Source: Eledone cirrhosa (taxonomy: Eukaryota). From it: a stretch of 64,000 nucleotides of DNA. The stretch is from assembly GCA_964016885.1 (NCBI GenBank), contig OZ024747.1:1612001-1676000 (forward strand). The letters are read 5' to 3'. A model generated the notes under the pieces. That model was not told the origin of the DNA. It ran no database searches and saw only the letters and a list, made by a program, of their open reading frames with translations. Positions 1 through 13,399 of this stretch are shown in pieces; the stretch's first letter is position 1; each line of letters begins with the position of its first letter. The position numbers and the translations under genes are program-made.

Positions 1-24
1 TCCATGCATGCCCCAGCTGACCAG
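1..24 (+). CDS. LMAN1: LMAN1/ERGIC-53, 3' end of an exon (SMHAPADQ), end of the lectin domain region
   Basis: Ends in CAG|GTATGT donor, phase 0, compatible with the next exon. Only 24 nt are visible. Confidence 0.55.
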
Positions 25-104
25 GTATGTGCTTCTTTTGTCAAAACCATTTAATCTTAGTTTCTTCCAAATTACAAACCTTTTTAGTTGCTTCTTACTA
101 TATG

Positions 105-430
105 CAGGGGTACAAGTGTAGGTACACTGCAGAATGTCAGGGGTACAAGTGTAGGTACACTGCAGAATGTCAGGGGTACAAGTGTAGGTACACTGCAGAA
201 TGTCAGGGGTACAAGTGTAGGTACACTGCAGAATGTCAGGGGTACAAGTGTAGGTACACTGCAGAATGTCAGGGGTACAAGTGTAGGTACACTGCAGAAT
301 GTCAGGGGTACAAGTGTAGGTACACTGCAGAATGTCAGGGGTACAAGTGTAGGTACACTGCAGAATGTCAGGGGTACAAGTGTAGGTACACTGCAGAATG
401 TCAGGGGTACAAGTGTAGGTACACTGCAGG
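105..430. repeat. 33-bp minisatellite, about 10 near-perfect copies
   Basis: Unit caggggtacaagtgtaggtacactgcagaatgt; 11-aa periodic ORFs. Confidence 0.95.
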
Positions 431-568
431 GCTATCACTATCATCATCATCACCGTTTAACATCATTTCTTCCACGTTGGCGTTGTCTATGTGAATTAAA
501 CAAATGAGAAGAATGAACCTCAAGTTTGGAATATTTACCACTAATTGCCTCACACACATACTTGAAAA

Positions 569-892
569 GTGGTAGTGCTGGGGCCTTGAAGAAGGCTCCC
601 AGTCTGCCTCTCAACTACACAGGTGGTAGTGCTGGGGCCTTGAAGAAGGCTCCTAGTCTGCCTCTCAACTACATAGGTGGTAGTGCTGTGGCCTTGAAGA
701 AGGCTCCCAGTCTGCCTCTCAACTACACAGGTGGTAGTGCTGGGGCCTTGAAGAAGGCTCCTAGTCTGCCTCTCAACTACACAGGTGGTAGTGCTGGGGC
801 CTTGAAGAAGGCTCCTAGTCTGCCTCTCAACTACACAGGTGGTAGTGCTGGGGCCTTGAAGAAGGCTCCCAGTCTGCCTCTCAACTACACAG
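569..892. repeat. 54-bp minisatellite, 6 copies
   Basis: Unit ggtggtagtgctggggccttgaagaaggctcccagtctgcctctcaactacaca; 18-aa periodic ORF. Confidence 0.95.
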
Positions 893-1065
893 CCAATACA
901 CTGAAATGGTGCACAAAAAATTTCACACTGTAAAACGGTTGGCATTAGGAAGGGCATCCAGCTCTAATTAACGAAGCCAAAAAGTAGAATGTATGAGCAA
1001 GATGTGACCTCTTGACCTGTCTAGCCTCAAAACAGTCTAACTCATGGAAGCATGGAAAATAGATG

Positions 1066-1292
1066 TTAAATAGTGATGATAAATGTTTCTACTTTTGGCA
1101 CAAGGCCAGCAATTACACCAGTGCATTACTGGTACTTTATTTTATCGACCCCGTAAGGATGAAAGGCAAAGTTAACCTTGGCGGGATTAACTTTGCTTTT
1201 CATCCTTACGGGGTCGATAAAATAAAGTACCAGTAATGTACTGGGGGATTGCTGGCCTTGTGCCAAAAGTAGAAACAATTATCACTATTTAA
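1066..1292. mobile_element. Fold-back pair of SINE 3' halves
   Basis: 1084-1176 is the near reverse complement of 1187-1277. Both match the SINE seen more completely at 40464-40645. Confidence 0.85.
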
Positions 1293-1563
1293 ATAGTGAT
1301 GATAATGATGGTAATAAATCATGATAAAATGCACCCAGTACACCCTGTAAAGTGGTTGGCATTAGAAAAGGCATCCAGCCATAGAAATTAGGCTAATAAT
1401 GGAAGATATGAGCAAGCAGTGTTCTCCAATCTTTGACAACTCATCCAAGCATGAACAATGGATGTATGATGATGATGTGTGTGTTTGCTAATGTTGCCAT
1501 TTTGTTGTAAAATAAAACAATAGAGAGGTTATTTTGTGTAATTTGTGTATTGTCTACTTTCAG

Positions 1564-1661
1564 ATGGACATGGGGGCGTCAAAGGTGTCAGACGATGAGA
1601 AGAAGAAACTTGATGAAGAATTCAAAGAGTATTACAAAAAACTTGAACAGGCTAAAGAAGA
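1564..1661 (+). CDS. LMAN1: LMAN1 exon, stalk (MDMGASKVSDDEKKKLDEEFKEYYKKLEQAKE)
   Basis: tttcag acceptor and GA|gtgagt donor (phase 2). Charged helix resembles the ERGIC-53 post-lectin stalk. Confidence 0.85.
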
Positions 1662-1669
1662 GTGAGTTT

Positions 1670-2530
1670 AGTGTTGTTGGTAGTGATATTAGTGGTGGTG
1701 TTGTTGTAGTGGTGGTGCTGTTGTAGTACTGCTGTTGTAGTAGTGGTGCTGTTGTAGTGGTGTTGTTGTTATGGTGGTGGTGTTGTTGTAGAGGTGGTGC
1801 TGTGGTGGTGGTGTTGTAGTGGTGGTAGTAGTGGCACTGCTGTTGTAGTGGTGGTGTTGTATGTAGAGGTGGTGCTGTTGTAGTGCTGCTGTTGTAGAGG
1901 TGGTGCTGTTGTAGTGGTGCTGTTGTAGTGGTCATGTTGTTGTAGTGGTACTGCTGCTGTTGTTGTAGTGGTGGTGCTGTTGTTGTAGAGGTGGTGCTGT
2001 TGTAGTTGTGTTTTAGTGTTACTGCTGTTGTAGTGGTACTGCTGTTGTAGTGGTGTTGTTGTAGTGCTGCTGTTGTGGTGGTGGTGGTGTTGTTGTAGTG
2101 GTGGTGTTGTAGAGGTGGTGTTTTATGGTGGTGGTGTTGTGGTGGTGGTGCTGTTGTAGTGGTGTTGTTGTAGTGGTGTTGTTGTAGTGGTGGTGTTGCT
2201 GTAGTGGTGGTGTTGCTGTAGTGGTGCTGCTGTTGTGGTGGTGGTGTTGTTGTAGAGGTGGTGTTGTAGTGGTGGTGTTGTTGTAGTGGTGTTGTTGTAG
2301 TGCTGCTGTTGTGGTGGTGGTGGTGTTGTTGTAGAGGTGGTGTTGTGGTGGTGGTGCTGTTGTAGTGGTGTTGTTGTAGTGGTGGTGTTGTTGTAGTGCT
2401 GCTGTTGTGGTGGTGGTGTTGTTGTAGAGGTGGTGTTGTTGTGGTGTTGTAGTGGTGCTGTTGTGGTGGTGGTGGTAATTGTAGTGGTGCTGCTGTTGTG
2501 GTGGTGGTGTTGTAGTGATGCTGCTGTGGT
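1670..2530. repeat. Degenerate (GTG/GTT/GTA)n low-complexity tract
   Basis: Direct inspection. Confidence 0.9.
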
Positions 2531-2824
2531 TCAGCCCCAGGTGAGTGAGCTGACCCATATAATCAAAGGTTTTCTAACCATAAACATTACATATTGTCTA
2601 CTGTATCCTGTCTCTTGCAAGACTCTGTAATATGGTCGGCATTAGGAAGGGCATCCAAGCCAACACACAGATCTGTATGTGATGCTCTCCTAACCTGACT
2701 TGTCTAACCCATTCAAGTGTAGAAAATGGACTTTAAATGATGACAGTAGAGCTTAATTTATATCTATCTCTAGTTGGTCACACAATCATATAGAGGTTTC
2801 TTCATTGGTTTGTGACTCTCTCTA

Positions 2825-5800
2825 GTGTTGTTGTTGGAGGTGAGTTATGGTGGTAGTGTTGTTGTTGTTGTTGTTGGAGGTGAGTTATGGTGGTAGTGTT
2901 GTTGTTGTTGTTGGAGGTGAGTTATGGTGGTAGTGTTGTTGTTGTTGTTGGAGGTGAGTTATGGTGGTAGTGTTGTTGTTGTTGTTGTTGGAGGTGAGTT
3001 ATGGTGGTAGTGTTGTTGTTGTTGTTGTTGGAGGTGAGTTATGGTGGTAGTGTTGTTGTTGTTGTTGTTGTTGGAGGAGAGTTATGGTGGTAGTGTTGTT
3101 GTTGGAGGTGAGTTATGGTGGTAGTGTTGTTGTTGGTGGTGGGTTATGGTGGTAGTGTTGTTGTTGGTGGTGGGTTATGGTGGTAGTGTTGTTGTTGGGT
3201 GGGTTATGGTGGTAGTGTTGTTGTTGGAGGTGGGTATGGTGGAGTGTTGTTGTTGGTGGTGGTTATGGTGGTAGTGTTGTTGTTGGAGGTGGGTTATGGT
3301 GGTAGTGTTGTTGTTGGTGGTGGGTTATGGTGGTAGTGTTGTTGTTGGTGGTGGGTTATGGTGGTAGTGTTGTTGTTGGTGGTGGGTTATGGTGGTAGTG
3401 TTGTTGTTGGAGGTGGGTTATGGTGGTAGTGTTGTTGTTGGTGGTGGGTTATGGTGGTAGTGTTGTTGTGGTGGTGGGTTATGGTGGTAGGTTTTTGGAG
3501 GTGGGTTATGGTGTAGTGTTGTTGTGGTGGTGGGTTATGGTGGTAGTGTTGTTGTTGGTGGTGGGTTATGGTGGTAGTGTTGTTGGAGGTGGGTTATGGT
3601 GGTAGTGTTGTTGTTGGTGGTGGGTTATGGTGGTAGTGTTGTTGGTGGTGAGTTATGGTGGTAGTGTTGTTGTTGGTGGTGGTTATGGTGGTAGTGTTGT
3701 GTTGGAGGTGGGTTATGGTGGTAGTGTTGTTGTTGGTGGTGGGTTATGGTGGTAGTGTTGTTGTTGGTGGTGGGTTATGGTGGTAGTGTTGTGTTGGTGG
3801 GGTTATGGTGGTAGTGTTGTTGTGGTGGTGGGTTATGGTGGTAGTGTTGTTGTTGGTGGTGGGTTATGGTGGTAGTGTTGTTGTTGGTGGTGGGTTATGG
3901 TGGTAGTGTTGTTGTTGGAGGTGGGTTATGGTGGTAGTGTTGTTGTTGGTGGTGGGTTTGGTGGTAGTGTTGTTGTGGTGGTGGGTTATGGTGGTAGTGT
4001 TGTTGTTGGTGGTGGGTTATGGTGGTAGTGTTGTGTTGGAGGTGGGTTATGGTGGTAGTGTTGTTGTTGGTGGTGGGTTATGGTGGTAGTGTTGTTGTGG
4101 TGTGGTTATGGTGGTAGTGTTGGGGGTGGGTTATGGTGGTAGTGTTGTTGTTGGTGGTGGGTTATGGTGGTAGTGTTGTGTTGGTGGTGGGTTATGGTGG
4201 TAGTGTTGTTGGAGGTGGGTATGGTGGTAGTGTTGTTGGAGGTGGTTTGGGGTGTGTTGTTGGTGGAGTTATGGTGGTGTGTTGTGGTGGTGGGTTATGG
4301 TGGTAGTGTTGTTGGAGGTGGGTTATGGTGGTAGTGTTGTTGTTGGTGGTGGGTTATGGTGGTAGTGTTGTTGGAGGTGGGTTATGGTGGTAGTGTGTGT
4401 TGGTGGTGGGTTTGGTGGTAGTGTTGTTGGAGGTGGGTATGGTGGTAGTGTTGTTGTTGGTGGTGGGTTATGGTGGTAGTGTTGTTGGTGGTGGGTTATG
4501 GTGGTAGTGTTGTTGTTGGAGGTGGGTTATGGTGGTAGTGTTGTGTTGGTGGTGGGTTATGGTGGTAGTGTTGTTGTTGGAGGTGGGTTATGGTGGTAGT
4601 GTTGTTGGTGGTGGGTTATGGTGGTAGTGTTGTTGTTGGTGGGTGGGTTATGGTGGTAGTGTTGTTGGAGGTGGGTTATGGTGGTAGTGTGTGTTGGTGG
4701 TGGGTTATGGTGGTAGTGTTGTTGGAGGTGGGTTATGGTGGTAGTGTTGTTGGTTGGGTGGTGGGGTTATGGTGGTAGTGTTGTTGTTGGAGGTGGGTTA
4801 TGGTGGTAGTGTTGTTGTTGGTGGTGGGTTATGGTGGTAGTGTTGTTGTTGGTGGTGGGTTATGGTGGTAGTGTTGTTGTGGTGGTGGGTTATGGTGGTA
4901 GTGTTGTTGTTGGTGGTGGGTTATTGGTGGTAGTGTTGGTGTTGGTGGTGGGGTTATGGTGGTAGTGTTGTGGTGGTGGGTTATGGTGGTAGTGTTGTTG
5001 TTGGTGGTGGGTTATGGTGGTAGTGTTGTTGGAGGTGGGTTATGGTGGTAGTGTTGTTGTTGGTGGTGGGTTATGGTGGTAGTGTTGTTGGAGGTGGGTT
5101 ATGGTGGTAGTGTTGTTGTTGGAGGTGGGTTATGGTGGTAGTGTTGTTGGAGGTGGGTTATGGTGGTAGTGTTGTTGTTGGAGGTGGGTTATGGTGGTAG
5201 TGTTGTTGGTGGTGAGTTATGGTGGTAGTGTTGTTGTTGGTGGTGGGTTATGGTGGTAGTGTTGTTGTTGGTGGTGGGTTATGGTGGTAGTGTTGTTGGT
5301 GGTGGGTTATGGTGGTAGTGTTGTTGTTGGTGGTGGGTTATGGTGGTAGTGTTGTTGTTGGGGGGTTATGGTGGTAGTGTTGTTGAGGTGGGTTATGGTG
5401 GTAGTGTTGTTGTGGTGGTGGGTTATGGTGGTAGTGTTGTTGTTGGTGGTGGTTATGGTGGTAGTGTTGTTGGTGGTGGGTTATGGTGGTAGTGTGTGGG
5501 TGGTTATGGTGGTAGTGTTGTTGTTGGAGGTGGGTTATGGTGGTAGTGTTGTGTTGGTGGTGGGTTATGGTGGTAGTGTTGTTGGTGGTGGGTTATGGTG
5601 GTAGTGTTGTTGTTGGAGGTGGGTTATGGTGGTAGTGTTGTTGTTGGTGGGTTATGGTGGTAGTGTTGTTGGAGGTGGGTTATGGTGGTAGTGTTGTTGT
5701 TGGTGGGTTATGGTGGTAGTGTTGTTGTTGGGTGGTGGGTTATGGTGGTAGTGTTGTTGTTGGTGGGTTATGGTGGTAGTGTTGTTGGAGGTGGGTTATG

Positions 5801-8512
5801 GTGGTAGTGTTGTTGTTGGTGGGTTATGGTGGTAGTGTTGTTGTTGGTGGTGGGTTATGGTGGTAGTGTTGTTGTTGGTGGGTTATGGTGGTAGTGTTGT
5901 TGGAGGTGGGTTATGGTGGTAGTGTTGTTGTTGGTGGGTTATGGTGGTAGTGTTGTTGGAGGTGGGTTATGGTGGTAGTGTTGTTGTTGGTGGTGGGTTA
6001 TGGTGGTAGTGTTGTTGTTGGTGGTGGGTTATGGTGGTAGTGTTGTTGTTGGAGGTGGGTTATGGTGGTAGTGTTGTTGTTGGTGGTGGGTTATGGTGGT
6101 AGTGTTGTTGTGGTGGTGGGTTATGGTGGTAGTGTTGTTGTTGGAGGTGGGTTATGGTGGTAGTGTTGTTGTTGGTGGGTTATGGTGGTAGTGTTGTTGT
6201 TGGAGGTGGGTTATGGTGGTTTGTTGGAGGTGGGTTATGGTGGTAGTGTTGTTGTTGGAGGTGGGTTATGGTGGTAGTGTTGTTGTTGGTGGTGGGTTAT
6301 GGTGGTAGTGTTGTTGTTGGTGGTGGGTTATGGTGGTAGTGTTGTTGTTGGTGGTGAGTTATGGTGGTAGTGTTGATGTTGGTGGTGGGTTATGGTGGTA
6401 GTGTTGTTGTTGGAGGTGGGTTATGGTGGTAGTGTTGTTGTTGGTGGGTTATGGTGGTAGTGTTGTTGGAGGTGGGTTATGGTGGTAGTGTTGTTGTTGG
6501 AGGTGGGTTATGGTGGTAGTGTTGTTGTTGGTGGTGGGTTATGGTGGTAGTGTTGTTGGAGGTGGGTTATGGTGGTAGTGTTGTTGTTGGTGGTGGGTTA
6601 TGGTGGTAGTGTTGTTGTTGGTGGTGGGTTATGGTGGTAGTGTTGTTGTTGGTGGTGGGTTATGGTGGTAGTGTTGTTGGAGGTGGGTTATGGTGGTAGT
6701 GTTGTTGTTGGTGGTGGGTTATGGTGGTAGTGTTGTTGTTGGTGGTGGGTTATGGTGGTAGTGTTGTTGGAGGTGGGTTATGGTGGTAGTGTTGTTGTTG
6801 GTGGTGGGTTATGGTGGTAGTGTTGTTGTTGGTGGTGGGTTATGGTGGTAGTGTTGTTGTTGGTGGTGGGTTATGGTGGTAGTGTTGTTGGAGGTGGGTT
6901 ATGGTGGTAGTGTTGTTGTTGGTGGTGGGTTATGGTGGTAGTGTTGTTGTTGGTGGTGGGTTATGGTGGTAGTGTTGTTGTTGGTGGTGGGTTATGGTGG
7001 TAGTGTTGTTGGAGGTGGGTTATGGTGGTAGTGTTGTTGTTGGTGGTGGGTTATGGTGGTAGTGTTGTTGTTGGTGGTGGGTTATGGTGGTAGTGTTGTT
7101 GGAGGTGGGTTATGGTGGTAGTGTTGTTGTTGGTGGTGGGTTATGGTGGTAGTGTTGTTGTTGGTGGTGGGTTATGGTGGTAGTGTTGTTGTTGGTGGTG
7201 GGTTATGGTGGTAGTGTTGTTGGAGGTGGGTTATGGTGGTAGTGTTGTTGTTGGTGGTGGGTTATGGTGGTAGTGTTGTTGGTGGTGGGTTATGGTGGTA
7301 GTGTTGTTGTTGGAGGTGGGTTATGGTGGTAGTGTTGTTGTTGGTGGGTTATGGTGGTAGTGTTGTTGGTGGTGGGTTATGGTGGTAGTGTTGTTGTTGG
7401 TGGTGGGTTATGGTGGTAGTGTTGTTGGTGGTGGGTTATGGTGGTAGTGTTGTTGTTGGAGGTGGGTTATGGTGGTAGTGTTGTTGTTGGTGGGTTATGG
7501 TGGTAGTGTTGTTGGAGGTGGGTTATGGTGGTAGTGTTGTTGTTGGAGGTGGGTTATGGTGGTAGTGTTGTTGTTGGTGGTGGGTTATGGTGGTAGTGTT
7601 GTTGGAGGTGGGTTATGGTGGTAGTGTTGTTGTTGGAGGTGGGTTATGGTGGTAGTGTTGTTGTTGGTGGTGGGTTATGGTGGTAGTGTTGTTGTTGGTG
7701 GTGGGTTATGGTGGTAGTGTTGTTGTTGGTGGTGGGTTATGGTGGTAGTGTTGTTGTTGGAGGTGGGTTATGGTGGTAGTGTTGTTGTTGGTGGTGGGTT
7801 ATGGTGGTAGTGTTGTTGTTGGAGGTGGGTTATGGTGGTAGTGTTGTTGTTGGTGGTGGGTTATGGTGGTAGTGTTGTTGTTGGTGGTGGGTTATGGTGG
7901 TAGTGTTGTTGTTGGTGGTGGGTTATGGTGGTAGTGTTGTTGTTGGAGGTGGGTTATGGTGGTAGTGTTGTTGTTGGTGGTGGGTTATGGTGGTAGTGTT
8001 GTTGTTGGAGGTGGGTTATGGTGGTAGTGTTGTTGTTGGTGGTGGGTTATGGTGGTAGTGTTGTTGTTGGTGGTGGGTTATGGTGGTAGTGTTGTTGTTG
8101 GTGGTGGGTTATGGTGGTAGTGTTGTTGGAGGTGGGTTATGGTGGTAGTGTTGTTGTTGGTGGTGGGTTATGGTGGTAGTGTTGTTGTTGGTGGTGGGTT
8201 ATGGTGGTAGTGTTGTTGTTGGAGGTGGGTTATGGTGGTAGTGTTGTTGTTGGTGGTGGGTTATGGTGGTAGTGTTGTTGTTGGAGGTGGGTTATGGTGG
8301 TAGTGTTGTTGTTGGTGGTGGGTTATGGTGGTAGTGTTGTTGTTGGTGGTGGGTTATGGTGGTAGTGTTGTTGTTGTTGTTGGAGGTGGTGAGTTATGGT
8401 GGTAGTGTTGTTGTTGTTGGTGGTGGGTTATGGTGGTAGTGTTGTTGTTGGAGGTGGTGAGTTATGGTGGTAGTGTTGTTGTTGTTGGTGGTGGGTTATG
8501 GTGGTAGTGTTG
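2825..8512. repeat. G/T-rich satellite, 28-31-bp unit (gttatggtggtagtgttgttgttggtggtgg), about 5.7 kb
   Basis: Direct inspection; essentially no C on the + strand. Confidence 0.95.
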
Positions 8513-8544
8513 CTATTCTAGATCAACTCTCATTCAGCAGACTG

Positions 8545-8710
8545 ACAACACACCTGTCCCACCCCACAACACCTACCCTGCCCCACCCCACACCTACCCC
8601 ACCCCACAACACCCACCCCACCCCACAACACCTGCCCCACCCCACAACACCTGCCCCACCCCACAACACCTGTCCCACCCCACAACACCTGCCCCACCCC
8701 ACAACACCTG
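8545..8710. repeat. C-rich 19-bp minisatellite (acaacacctgccccacccc)
   Basis: Direct inspection; ends about 30 nt before an acceptor. Confidence 0.85.
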
Positions 8711-8743
8711 TCTTATACATTTCTATCTCTCTCCATGTTTCAG

Positions 8744-8804
8744 TTATAAAAAAGAAAATCCAGACAAAGCAAAAGATGAATATGACATTGATGTTGATAA
8801 ATGG
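8744..8804 (+). CDS. LMAN1: LMAN1 exon (DYKKENPDKAKDEYDIDVDKW)
   Basis: tttcag acceptor, TGG|gtgagt donor. 61 nt completes the phase-2 codon and ends in phase 0. Confidence 0.85.
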
Positions 8805-8809
8805 GTGAG

Positions 8810-9482
8810 TTTGTTGTTGTAATGGTGTGGTGGGGTGGTGGTGTGTTGTAGTGGTGGTCGTGGTGTAATGGTGGGGTGGTGGTGGTGTGTTGTAGTGGTG
8901 GTCGTGGTGTAATGGTGGGGTGGTGGTGGGGGTGGGTGAGGGGAGGGGGGTGTTGTAATGGTGGGGGGGGGTTGTAGTGGTGGTCGTGGTGTAATGGTGG
9001 GGTGGTGGTGGTGTGTTGTAGTGGCGGTCGTGGTGTAATGGTGGGGTGGTGGTGGTGTAATGGTGGGGTGGTGGTGGTGTGTTGTAATGGTGGGGTGGTG
9101 GTGGTGGTGTGTTGTAATGGTGGGGTGGTGGTGGTGTGTTGTAGTGGTGGTCGTGGTGGTGGTGTGTTGTAATGGTGGGGTGGTGGTGGTGTGTTGTAGT
9201 GGTGGTCGTGGTGTAATGGTGGGGTGGTGGTGGTGTGTTGTAATGGTGGGGTGGTCGTGGTCGTGGTGTAATGGTGGGGTGGTGGTGGTGTGTTGTAATG
9301 GTGGGGTGGTGGTGGTGGGGGGGGTATGTTGTAATGGTGGGGGGGGTGGTGGTATGTTGTAGTGGTGTGGTGTGGTGGTGGTGGTGTGTTGTTGTGGTAG
9401 AGGTGGTGTGTTGTGGTGGAGGTGGTGTAGTGGTGGTGGTGTTGTGGTGGAGGTGGTGTAGTGGTGTGGTGGTGGTGTGTTG
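8810..9482. repeat. G-rich degenerate minisatellite (gtaatggtggggtggtggtggtgtgtt)
   Basis: Direct inspection. Confidence 0.85.
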
Positions 9483-9640
9483 TTCATCCACTACCCTTCC
9501 TGTATGTGGAGGTGGTGGATGTGTGTGTAGTAAACATGAGGTTAATGGTGGTGGTAGACATGGGACTGTGTGTATGTAATGTTGTGGCTATTGTATCACC
9601 CAAAGATGCTCACCTTAAATCTGTTTCTTCCAATTTACAG

Positions 9641-9823
9641 TTTGAGAGTCAGGGTGAGAGGGAACTGAAACAGATATTTGAAGGTCAAAACAACATGTAC
9701 GCAACACTCCGGGAGCTGAACAAGAGGTTAGACGAGTTGTCTGGACGCCAGGAATTGATCCTGTCAAAGGTGACTTCCATTCAGGCACCTGTGGCAGGAC
9801 AACCACCAATCCAACATGGACAG
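9641..9823 (+). CDS. LMAN1: LMAN1 exon (FESQGERELKQIFEGQN...HGQ)
   Basis: Recognisable ERGIC-53 motif FES.G.REL.Q.FEGQN. ttacag acceptor, CAG|gtaact donor, 183 nt. Confidence 0.93.
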
Positions 9824-9924
9824 GTAACTATTTCTCTCTTCCATAGTGTAGAAATATGTTTCTACACTACATTAGTTTCTTTATTCTATAGAATGTGTGT
9901 TCTATGAGTGATTCTGTAGAGCAG

Positions 9925-10815
9925 TGGGGCTTGTGTTATGTCTAACACATGTTGTGGGGTTGTGTTATGTCTAACCCATGTTGTGGGGGTTGTGTTATGT
10001 CTAACACATGTTGTGGGGCTTGTGTTATGTCTAACACATGTTGTGGGGTTGTGTTATGTCTAACCCATGTTGTGGGGGTTGTGTTATGTCTAACCCATGT
10101 TGTGGGGGTTGTGTTATGTCTAACCCATGTTGTGGGGTTGTGTTATGTCTAACCCATGTTGTGGGGTTGTGTTATGTCTAACCCATGTTGTGGGGGTTGT
10201 GTTATGTCTAACCCATGTTGTGGGGGTTGTGTTATGTCTAACCCATGTTGTGGGGGTTGTGTTATGTCTAACCCATGTTGTGGGGTTGTGTTATGTCTAA
10301 CCCATGTTGTGGGGTTGTGTTATGTCTAACCCATGTTGTGGGGGTTGTGTTATGTCTAACCCATGTTGTGGGGGTTGTGTTATGTCTAACCCATGTTGTG
10401 GGGGTTGTGTTATGTCTAACACATGTTGTGGGGGTTGTGTTATGTCTAACACATGTTGTGGGGGTTGTGTTATGTCTAACCCTTGTTGTGGGGGTTGTGT
10501 TATGTCTAACCCTTGTTGTGGGGGTTGTGTTATGTTTAACACATGTTGTGGGGCTTGTGTTATGTCTAACACATGTTGTGGGGGTTGTGTTATGTCTAAC
10601 CCATGTTGTGGGGTTGTGTTATGTTTAACCCATGTTGTAGGGCTTGTGTTATGTTTAACACATGTTGTGGACGTTGTGTTATGTCTAACACATGTTGTGG
10701 ACGTTGTGTTATGTCTAACACATGTTGTGGGGGTTGTGTTATGTCTAACACATGTTGTGGGGGTTGTGTTATGTCTAACACATGTTGTGGGGGTTGTGTT
10801 ATGTCTAACCCATGC
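9925..10815. repeat. 29-30-bp minisatellite (ttgtgttatgtctaacccatgttgtggggg)
   Basis: Direct inspection. Confidence 0.95.
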
Positions 10816-11410
10816 TAACGGGGAAAAATGGACGTGAAATGCTGTTGATGTTTATATAGTGTTTGTTTTGTGGGAGTTGTGTTAATTATGGCAGATGGTA
10901 TATATGTAGATTATGTGTTGTATGAGTGGCTGGTGATATATCAGGCGTGTTATAACGGCATAGAGTTATGGCCCTTTACCATCTGAGTTGAAAATCAAAC
11001 CAAGATTAGCTTTGCCTTTCATCCTTACACAGATTGATAAAATAAAGTACCAGTAACACACTGGGGTTGATTTAATCAACTTTCCCCTCCCCCAAGATTG
11101 CTGGTCTTGTCCCTAAATCAGAAACCATTATTATTATTAATGGCGGTGGATTGGCAGTATGGTTTCAGTGCCTTACACTCTTCCAAGTCTTTAGATTCTG
11201 GCTTGAAATCCGTCCAAAGTCAGTTTTACCCTTCACCTTTCCAGGGTTGAAACAAAGTACCATGTACTGGGGTTGATAGAACCAATTTCTCCTCCCACTC
11301 AAATTTGCTGGGCTTCTGCCTAAATGAAAAAGAAAACAAACATTAGTTATTATTATTATTGTTGTTTGTCGGGGACTGTATTGTTTGTTAATATTTGACT
11401 ATTAATTTAG

Positions 11411-11505
11411 GGCTCAGGAGTTCCAGTGGACACAATTAGGAGACATGAAGTTGATACGGTATTAAACAATCAGAATGATTTCCGAGCACAGATGTCAGAA
11501 ATAAG
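11411..11505 (+). CDS. LMAN1: LMAN1 exon ([31 protein letters not shown])
   Basis: tttag acceptor, AG|gtaat donor (phase 2). Resembles the coiled-coil 'E.DTV...Q' segment. Confidence 0.85.
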
Positions 11506-11524
11506 GTAATGAGGGCTCTGTTAT

Positions 11525-12874
<1,350 letters not shown>

Positions 12875-13389
12875 TGGTGGCTGCCAACTCGTTTTTCGAG
12901 TACGGCCACTACTTTATATCCATGTAGGAGAACCCCTACTGATGCGCTGAACGAGTGTGACTCTTTAGTCCAGCCAGTGACTTGAAAACTCTGGTACAAA
13001 CACTACACTTGTGACAATTATTGACACATAGTGCTGGGCCCATGGTACCATGTGACGACAAGTGCAGAGAGATCTCCAGATATAAAGCAATGCCTGTGCC
13101 GTGAAGCTTTTATAGTGAGCAAAGGCACTGCACAAAGCCAGTCCCACTCTCTTAACCAAGATGATATTTACCAAAAAGAAGAACAAGTCAACATCATTGG
13201 ATACCATGAGGGTTGCAGGTGTTATATCTGAGTTTTCCTTCTAGAATTCTGCCTTGACAAAGGCTAAGGGGTCATCTCTCTCGGTGATTTTGGATGGCCA
13301 TTGACTCTTAAGAGCTTCTTTGCCCTTTGACAGGTTTTGTTTTTAGTCCTGCAGGATGTCCAAAGTCACCCTTCTCACCAAGAAACCTT
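12875..13389 (-). mobile_element. Non-autonomous RTE-derived element, 5'-shortened copy
   Basis: Near-identical to 17632-18148. The minus strand ends in a C2H2-like peptide ([22 protein letters not shown]) followed by an (AT)n tail. Confidence 0.7.
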
Positions 13390-13399
13390 GCAGCGGGAC

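Noticed and set aside
27-957. Periodic ORFs over the 33-bp and 54-bp arrays; CRISPR-like look
   Set aside because: Units are contiguous with no unique spacers, lie in an LMAN1 intron and are open in several frames. They are minisatellites.
2825-8512. Telomeric repeat
   Set aside because: GGGTTA occurs once per ~30-bp unit but not as (TTAGGG)n, and the array is intronic.
13337-13399. N-terminus of the 821-aa ORF as a true start
   Set aside because: Non-ATG start lying in the adjacent inverted element. The APE domain is mostly missing, so the copy is not autonomous.
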